Virus record (IMG/VR): IMGVR_UViG_3300033143_006101
Location: 1-64,000 of that record
Length of the DNA stretch: 64,000 nucleotides
Strand: one strand, 5' to 3'
Shown here: piece after piece, positions 58,701-64,000 of the stretch
Layout: every line of letters begins with the position of its first letter
Position numbering within the stretch: the first letter of the stretch is position 1
Notes under the pieces: model-generated
The model's input: only the letters and a program-made list of their open reading frames with translations
The model's database searches: none
Told to the model about the DNA's origin: nothing
Program-made: the position numbers and the translations under genes

Positions 58701-59363
58701 AATGATTTATTAAAAATAAATGGTATTCTTCAAATAGATCAAGCTGATGCAGATACAAATATTCTAACTTTTGAAAGTTCAGATATAGCACATGCTTTAA
58801 CAAGTTGGATGCCCACAAATACTTTTACTGCTTTTACTAAATTATCCGCAACTGGTGGTGGACTTCAAGTATCTGTTGCTACTGATGGTGATGAAACAAT
58901 TCAAACAGCTCTATCTACTCGAGTAGCATTAAGAGATGTTGCAGATACTTCTACATCTACTGGAAGTATTGGTGTTATAGAATTCGATAGTTATCAACAT
59001 GATGGTGCTGATAATCTATCTGCTATAGCTGATGACGGTGATATTTTCTGTGTAAGAAATAATGGTGATACCAAATTCATTATAAAAGGTGATGGAGATA
59101 TTTATTATGATGGTGCAGATCAAGGAACTTATGATACTGAAAATGATATAGCATTAACTGGAGCAATAAATAATCCCAATAGCCAGGAATACGGTAGATT
59201 ACAAGAACTTGGTATTGTAGATAATGGTTTTATTAGTAGAAAGAAATTAGACGCTCTTACTGTTGGTTCAATAGGCCAACTTTGGAATATAATTAGACAT
59301 TTATCTAAGAAGTTTGATGTATCAGAAGATGAGCTTTTTGAAATGGCCAAAAATTATAATTAA
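55749..59363 (+). CDS. tail fibre/adhesin with His-rich repeats and YadA-like Gly-Asn beta-repeats
   Basis: HD.L..FVA.EHIDWT repeats; N(T/V)AIG..AG repeats. Confidence 0.75.
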   Translation: MPYITVPTRTQTLSSMYADINQLQSNINAMLDASKAFTDLAVDEDVTFSGLTAMRLLAIDSSNKVVNTNLNQWINGTGNQITVTDNGNGTVTMSAPQDIHSGASPTFADLTLSSPSTIYGLDHDSFAGYVAAEHLNWTVNTGSVIDDNNIAASSITQHEGSITHNNLAGVTAKEHIDWTVDADPYNVHKLNITWDSITQHEAQINHDNLFGFVALEHIDWTNATQNIDTSGTINGTTLKYNEIDINNSNALSNVVYLDIDNTFLENMIITKDLTVIGDFIVIGDTYAAEVETVLISDNLGIINYGETGTGITAGFAGWEVDRGIYAAPYRWGFEESTDTWRLGESYYDIDVTTSTGTFVVGDIILTSTGERGKVFDITGSVLSTGVHVGVFSTGMYVYTSTGAAGTITSVSEVESLQAVATREDSPTLNGIPYWNNTLKQFNTSSSIVWDTSTTGAAKGDLLIRSSTGFTRLAVGSNGQTIIADSSETTGIKWAGHDSLDEYVANEHIDWTGASAGTIDPTNLGLHASRHEIGGADLIDHDNLTNTHDLTTDIDHDTITNNHNLTTDIDHDQLTNFVANKHIDWTGASNNLVTSGYIRISNNEIRFYDNGSNYVGFKAPALTGDQIWTLPDSDGTTGQVLATSSGLLYWSDIVATSVISDSDGNTLLGTGTGTNLSSPDATYNTFIGVNAGYDVTTGDYNCYIGYYAGENTGVDVQYQTFIGAYAGQNNTASYATAIGYQAGLACAGTGVAIGYLAGQSGLSYGVAIGQECATGGLGSRSVAIGYKSCFGNANGAQDCVFVGYTAGLNNAGGDGNTGVGASACKNAGAKTGNTAIGNHSQYDASGNYNTSFGAHSLYDCGGGYNVAVGYEAGHFVTNNYNILIGFQAGYRCQGSYNIGIGRKACGNDTGGTKDYNVAIGDISLTAITTAVDNTAIGTNSGSVLTTGSSNVLIGHDAGSTLTTESNLLYIENTNSATPLIYGEFDNDLLKINGILQIDQADADTNILTFESSDIAHALTSWMPTNTFTAFTKLSATGGGLQVSVATDGDETIQTALSTRVALRDVADTSTSTGSIGVIEFDSYQHDGADNLSAIADDGDIFCVRNNGDTKFIIKGDGDIYYDGADQGTYDTENDIALTGAINNPNSQEYGRLQELGIVDNGFISRKKLDALTVGSIGQLWNIIRHLSKKFDVSEDELFEMAKNYN

Positions 59364-59375
59364 GGAGAATATACA

Positions 59376-59669
59376 ATGGGATTACAATTAGCAGAAGACA
59401 TCTCTGGTGGCTACTCAATGAACTACTGGAAAATAGAACGTTGTGAAGTTGATTACACTGAAGAAGTAGTACGTATTAACATGGCAGGTTTTAAGAGTAA
59501 AACAGATAAGGATGGTGGAGAAAGTCTTGTTAGCATGAAGAATGAAAGAATACCTTTAGCAGATATCACATTCGCATCTAGTGATATAAGAGATGATCTT
59601 TATCCAAAAGTTAAAGCTCTTGATGATTGGTCTGGTGCTTCTGATGTATACGAAGATGGGCAACCATAA
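59376..59669 (+). CDS. putative fibre-associated/chaperone protein
   Basis: Small ORF after the fibre; YWKI...LYPKVK...W..A.DV. Confidence 0.5.
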   Translation: MGLQLAEDISGGYSMNYWKIERCEVDYTEEVVRINMAGFKSKTDKDGGESLVSMKNERIPLADITFASSDIRDDLYPKVKALDDWSGASDVYEDGQP

Positions 59670-59709
59670 AGTATACTTTAAATAAAATTTTAAACTAAGG
59701 AGAAATGAA

Positions 59710-60192
59710 ATGAAAAAGAAAGAATTAGTAGAACTTTGGAATGTGTTATCAGAAATAGGAGATTCCGGAGAAAAAATGCCGAAAGGATTTGCTTATGATC
59801 TTGCGAAAAATAGGAACAAAGTTAAAGGTGAGGTAGACATATTAACAGAACTTACAAAACCTCCAGCAAAACTAGAAGAATATGATAAAGAACGACAAGA
59901 ACTTTGTCATAAATTTGCAGATAAGGATGAGCAGGATAATCCCATTATCTTTAATAATACTTTTGCAATCAAAGAAAACAAAGAAGTATTTGATGCTGCA
60001 ATTGAAAAGTTAAAAGAAAAGTATAAAGATACTTTAGATAAAGCAAATAAAAGCAAAGATGAAATAACTGAAATTTTAGAACAAGAAACTGACATTACAT
60101 TTCACAAGATTAAATTAAGTAAAGTTCCAGAAGAAATACTACAACGATACATGTATATTCTGGAGCCATTAATTATTGATGACCGTGAATAA
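59710..60192 (+). CDS. coiled-coil hypothetical protein (DUF1617-like)
   Basis: FAYDLAKN...ERQELCHKFADKDE. Confidence 0.5.
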   Translation: MKKKELVELWNVLSEIGDSGEKMPKGFAYDLAKNRNKVKGEVDILTELTKPPAKLEEYDKERQELCHKFADKDEQDNPIIFNNTFAIKENKEVFDAAIEKLKEKYKDTLDKANKSKDEITEILEQETDITFHKIKLSKVPEEILQRYMYILEPLIIDDRE

Positions 60193-60203
60193 AGAGGAAA
60201 GAG

Positions 60204-63200
60204 ATGGATAAAGTCAAATTTGACGGTAATATTATTAACCTGTATAGTGAAGACTATGAGTATATGCAGAATGCAGCTGAATCAGAAGCTCAGCAAGCAG
60301 TACGCCAAACAATAAAAACCCCGTACATTCCTTCAGTCATTAGAGGTTTTAATATAATGGTTAGTATTGCTGACAGTACAAAAATTGAGATGTACCATGA
60401 GGATAATATAGGCACAGCTGTCAATTACTATGGTACTATCATAGAAGACCAGGCAGGATTAGATTTAATTTCTCTAAGTGATTATACTGCCAGTACTGTT
60501 AATTATATTTATTTAAAATATTATAAAGTTGATGCTTCTTTCGATAAGCTCACTTCAACAATTATTGAAGGATCCAAATTAGCAATAGATTTATCAGATT
60601 TCTCAAAGGAATACAACCGACATCTTGATAAATGGACTATTGTAGCTTATACTGCTGCAGAATATGCAGGTCTTAGCGAAGAGAACCAACAAAATCTAAT
60701 TTGCTTAGGTAGTACTACCGCTCAAGGAATCGGAGTTGATTTAACAGTTACAACAAGTACTGGAAGGATTCAGGCACTTACACAAATCGCTCCAGGTTCT
60801 GTTGACGCAAGCCATCTTTCAGGCATCTTTCACGCAACACAACAACAAGTAGATGAATCAGTAATATATAATGATAATTATAGCGGAACACCCATTAATC
60901 TAGAAGAAGATTTAAACGAACTTAGAACAGAAGTAAGAAAAATAAAAGGAACAGGAGATTATAGAGATTCTACTGATGCTAACTTACAATCATTTGATAC
61001 AACTGTTAATAAAGTACATACAAATGGTATACTATCTTCTGGTTATAATTTAGATTATATTATTACATCTTCAGGAACAGCCATTCAATTAAAAACTGGA
61101 AAAGCTTTAGTTGATGGTAGTGTCGTTGTCGTAAACGAAGATAATCCAATTGCATTAAATCTGGCAGCTGCAGATAGAACTACTATAGGAGATTATGCAA
61201 CAAAAACTGGAGCCGAAGCTCATTATGCTGGAGCTCAACCAGCAATCATTACATTAGATCATGCTCCTATTGCTAATCTATTAGTAGTTGAGCAAGCTAC
61301 AGGTACAATATATGCAAGTGGAACACATTATATTGTTGATGAAGCTACTGGTATTATAACTACAATATCTGGTAAAGATATAGTAAATGAAACAGTTGAT
61401 TGTTATTATGATTGGGGTAAAGCTAGATATGATGTAGTAGAAGTTAATTCTGCTGGAGAGTTCAGTCTTACCGCAGGTATACCAGATGATGATCCAGAAT
61501 TACCTACTTTAAGTGGTAGTGATATATTACGTTTATATGTTGTTGAAAGACCTGTACTAACAGAAACTATTGTAGCCCAAAATGTTTTTGATGTTAGAAA
61601 ATATGTACAAACAGTAAGAGAAAGATTTGAAATAAATCCTGATGATTATGTAAATACAGAATGGGGTGTTAATAAAGTATCTTATATAGACAGTAGTGGT
61701 GATATAGATACTGGTTGGGCAAATTGGTCCTTAATTACTACGTCATCCGGGCGAGCTGCAGTATCTTCAACAAGCAGTACAAAAATACGTACAGTAATTT
61801 TTACAGATGAAGATGATGAATTGTGGATTAGATTAAAAAAACATGATGTAACAGGAACTATAACAATTGCGTATGAAGAAATATCTGGAAGTGGTATTCT
61901 TAATGAAGCAGTTGATATTAATTTATTTAATAATACAACATTAGAAAACTTACAAACATTTGTAGCAAAAGGATTTTCTAAAGGTTATCATATTGTAGAA
62001 TTAACTTTAAATGACGCAGTAGAATTAGAATTCTATGGTTTTGTAGTCGGCAAATCAGATATGTATTATGGAATTACCGGTGTAGAGCTTGGCGTATTAA
62101 AAACAAATAGATTAGATACCGCAGCTTTAAATACTCAATGGGAAGTTGGATATGAATATAAAATATCGGATCTTGTAATGGTAGGCCAAGGTATTTTTCG
62201 TTGTGCAATAGAACATACTTCAAGTAGCAATTTTACAACAGATTTTGATGCAGCTTATTGGGAAGTTCCTTTTGAAGATGGAACTGTTACTACTGCTAAA
62301 TTTGCAGAGGGTGCTATTCAAGAAATAATGGCATCAACAATTACTAACTTACGAAATAGGCTTGATGCATCAGAAAATCAACTCCTAGAAATCAGCTTAC
62401 AAAATTTTTATCAATCACAACAAACAAATGTAAATGCTAATTTCTTTTTGGAAACCTTTTTAAATGAAGATAAAAATGATGCTACTTTAGAAAATTCAGC
62501 TAATAATCTTGTACAAATCATGGATGATACTGACTGGAATAACAACTGGAAAGAACGAGAAGGTGTTCCTAATTTTAAAAATGGATTTATGCGTCCACCA
62601 AAACAATCTTATATGTTAGAAATAATTGATGAATATAATCTTAAAGGGATTGGGCAAATTTCAAAGGGTGGAATAAGTCAATATGATACTACAAGTAATT
62701 GTTATTGGTTAATGACTAATAATGGTTCTAATGGTATTGGAGAAATAGTTAAACTTTCTCATAATATGAAAGATGGGAGAGTGGAAGTATTAGATAGATG
62801 GTATTTAAATGCAAAAGGAAGTAGTTATTACTGGTCAGGAATAGATTCGGATGAATCATATGTTTATGCTGTTGTACATGGAGATTCACTTTCTACATCA
62901 GCTATATATTCATTTGCTATAAATTCTGATGGTACAATAGGGTATAGCCATGTTCCTAATGGAGGCACAATATATGTAGGATTAACAGGAAGTATAACTA
63001 CTGTTAATGGAAGTGATCAAATAACTGTATCTTCTACTAACCCGTATCGAGTTGGTTTAAGGATAGATGCTATTGGAATACCTGCAGGATCTTATATTAC
63101 AAAAATAATAAGTTCAACTGTATTTGAAATATCAGAAGATGCTACAGCAGATGGTTCACCTAGTGCAGAATTTAATGATTATTATAGGGCACATCCAATA

Positions 63201-64000
63201 GCTGCTAGTGGATCAGATGTTGGTTATTATACTGATTGTTGTATTTGGGATGAGAATGATATAATGGTGCTTGTTTGTAATGGTACAACAAATGTAAATT
63301 TAATTTCTTTAGCACAAGGTACTCTTACAACTGGGACAGCTAGTAATCAAACAGGTTTAGAAAAATATATAGGAGGATCACTATCTAAATGCAGGAGTAT
63401 AACAAAATACGGAAATGATTTATATACAAGAGTTAATGATAATACAGATACTTATAGATTTATATATAAATTTGATGTAACTACTGATATAGATACTAAT
63501 ATTTTTATAAAAGCAAGCGGAAGATGGCATACTTCAAGAAATTTTGAGCCTAGAACAGCATCCGGAGGAATAACAATAGGTTATCATGGAGATTTATTAG
63601 AAATAGAAAGTACAACTAATACTGGTGATTTTATATCTCATCGATCATTAAAGAACGCACTCTGGGCAGAGAATCAAGTAGTAGGAGAAATACAAACTAC
63701 TGCTGGGCCTACAACTGATGATAATAGAGCAATTTGTTTTGATGGCGATTATGTGTGGTATAGTGCTAATAATAATAATACAAATGCGGTAAGACTATAT
63801 AGAAGAAATGTATCTACTGGTGCAGAAACGTATACGACTGTTAATGCCGGGAATTGGGATCATATATCAGGCATGTGTTGGGATGATGTTGGAGGAACAG
63901 ATTATTTCTTCATACTCGGAGAGTCTTCGATCTCTACTGGTAGATCAATTACAAGAACAGTTTTAGAAAGTGCATTAGGAGGAACTTTAAATTTCACCTC
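60204..64000 (+). CDS. large structural/fibre protein, truncated by the window end (>1260 aa; not in track)
   Basis: Open frame from MDKVKFDG to the window end; CBM5/12-like segment WEVGYEYKISDLV...FRCAIEHTS...YWE; beta-propeller-like C-terminal part. Confidence 0.75.
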   Translation, partial: MDKVKFDGNIINLYSEDYEYMQNAAESEAQQAVRQTIKTPYIPSVIRGFNIMVSIADSTKIEMYHEDNIGTAVNYYGTIIEDQAGLDLISLSDYTASTVNYIYLKYYKVDASFDKLTSTIIEGSKLAIDLSDFSKEYNRHLDKWTIVAYTAAEYAGLSEENQQNLICLGSTTAQGIGVDLTVTTSTGRIQALTQIAPGSVDASHLSGIFHATQQQVDESVIYNDNYSGTPINLEEDLNELRTEVRKIKGTGDYRDSTDANLQSFDTTVNKVHTNGILSSGYNLDYIITSSGTAIQLKTGKALVDGSVVVVNEDNPIALNLAAADRTTIGDYATKTGAEAHYAGAQPAIITLDHAPIANLLVVEQATGTIYASGTHYIVDEATGIITTISGKDIVNETVDCYYDWGKARYDVVEVNSAGEFSLTAGIPDDDPELPTLSGSDILRLYVVERPVLTETIVAQNVFDVRKYVQTVRERFEINPDDYVNTEWGVNKVSYIDSSGDIDTGWANWSLITTSSGRAAVSSTSSTKIRTVIFTDEDDELWIRLKKHDVTGTITIAYEEISGSGILNEAVDINLFNNTTLENLQTFVAKGFSKGYHIVELTLNDAVELEFYGFVVGKSDMYYGITGVELGVLKTNRLDTAALNTQWEVGYEYKISDLVMVGQGIFRCAIEHTSSSNFTTDFDAAYWEVPFEDGTVTTAKFAEGAIQEIMASTITNLRNRLDASENQLLEISLQNFYQSQQTNVNANFFLETFLNEDKNDATLENSANNLVQIMDDTDWNNNWKEREGVPNFKNGFMRPPKQSYMLEIIDEYNLKGIGQISKGGISQYDTTSNCYWLMTNNGSNGIGEIVKLSHNMKDGRVEVLDRWYLNAKGSSYYWSGIDSDESYVYAVVHGDSLSTSAIYSFAINSDGTIGYSHVPNGGTIYVGLTGSITTVNGSDQITVSSTNPYRVGLRIDAIGIPAGSYITKIISSTVFEISEDATADGSPSAEFNDYYRAHPIAASGSDVGYYTDCCIWDENDIMVLVCNGTTNVNLISLAQGTLTTGTASNQTGLEKYIGGSLSKCRSITKYGNDLYTRVNDNTDTYRFIYKFDVTTDIDTNIFIKASGRWHTSRNFEPRTASGGITIGYHGDLLEIESTTNTGDFISHRSLKNALWAENQVVGEIQTTAGPTTDDNRAICFDGDYVWYSANNNNTNAVRLYRRNVSTGAETYTTVNAGNWDHISGMCWDDVGGTDYFFILGESSISTGRSITRTVLESALGGTLNFT

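Noticed and set aside
1175-60095. Numerous short minus-strand ORFs and nested alternate-frame ORFs
   Set aside because: Shadows of well-supported + strand genes, with low-complexity F/L/S/I-rich translations and no motifs.
1-64000. CRISPR array, diversity-generating retroelement or invertible fibre cassette
   Set aside because: No regularly spaced identical repeats and no reverse transcriptase or recombinase; the fibre duplications differ mainly at synonymous sites, not specifically at adenines.
14516-64000. STG motif as a dispersed DNA repeat or mobile element
   Set aside because: The underlying nucleotides differ widely, including TCN versus AGY serine codons; conservation is at the peptide level only.

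Overview
AT-rich segment of a large (jumbo-type) myovirus genome infecting a Gram-negative host; standard genetic code, nearly all genes on the + strand. Positions 1-14,060 are an accessory and metabolism region: intein-containing thymidylate synthase, Pth2, an ArfB-like GGQ protein, GroES, a solo HicB-like protein, a reversed HldE/RfaE-type heptose kinase, 9 tRNAs, one intact HNH gene and two decayed homing endonucleases. Positions 14,060-64,000 are late/structural operons: a large fibre, outer-membrane phospholipase A, neck, terminator, sheath, tube, frameshifted chaperone, tape measure, hub, spike, baseplate and more fibres. Several operon starts share a strictly spaced motif, (C/A)C(T/C)TAAA-N16-CTA(T/A). 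Main candidate new system: a 9-gene glycan synthesis and modification cassette inserted inside the baseplate operon, paired with a short peptide motif, [S/T]-S-T-G. By hand count the motif occurs about 25 times (STG about 32 times) in 11 predicted surface or late-operon proteins, is encoded by varied codons, and was not found in tube, tape measure, hub, spike or enzymes. This suggests a phage-encoded, sequon-directed virion O-glycosylation ('glycan coat') system. All counts and family assignments were made by eye, without searches.
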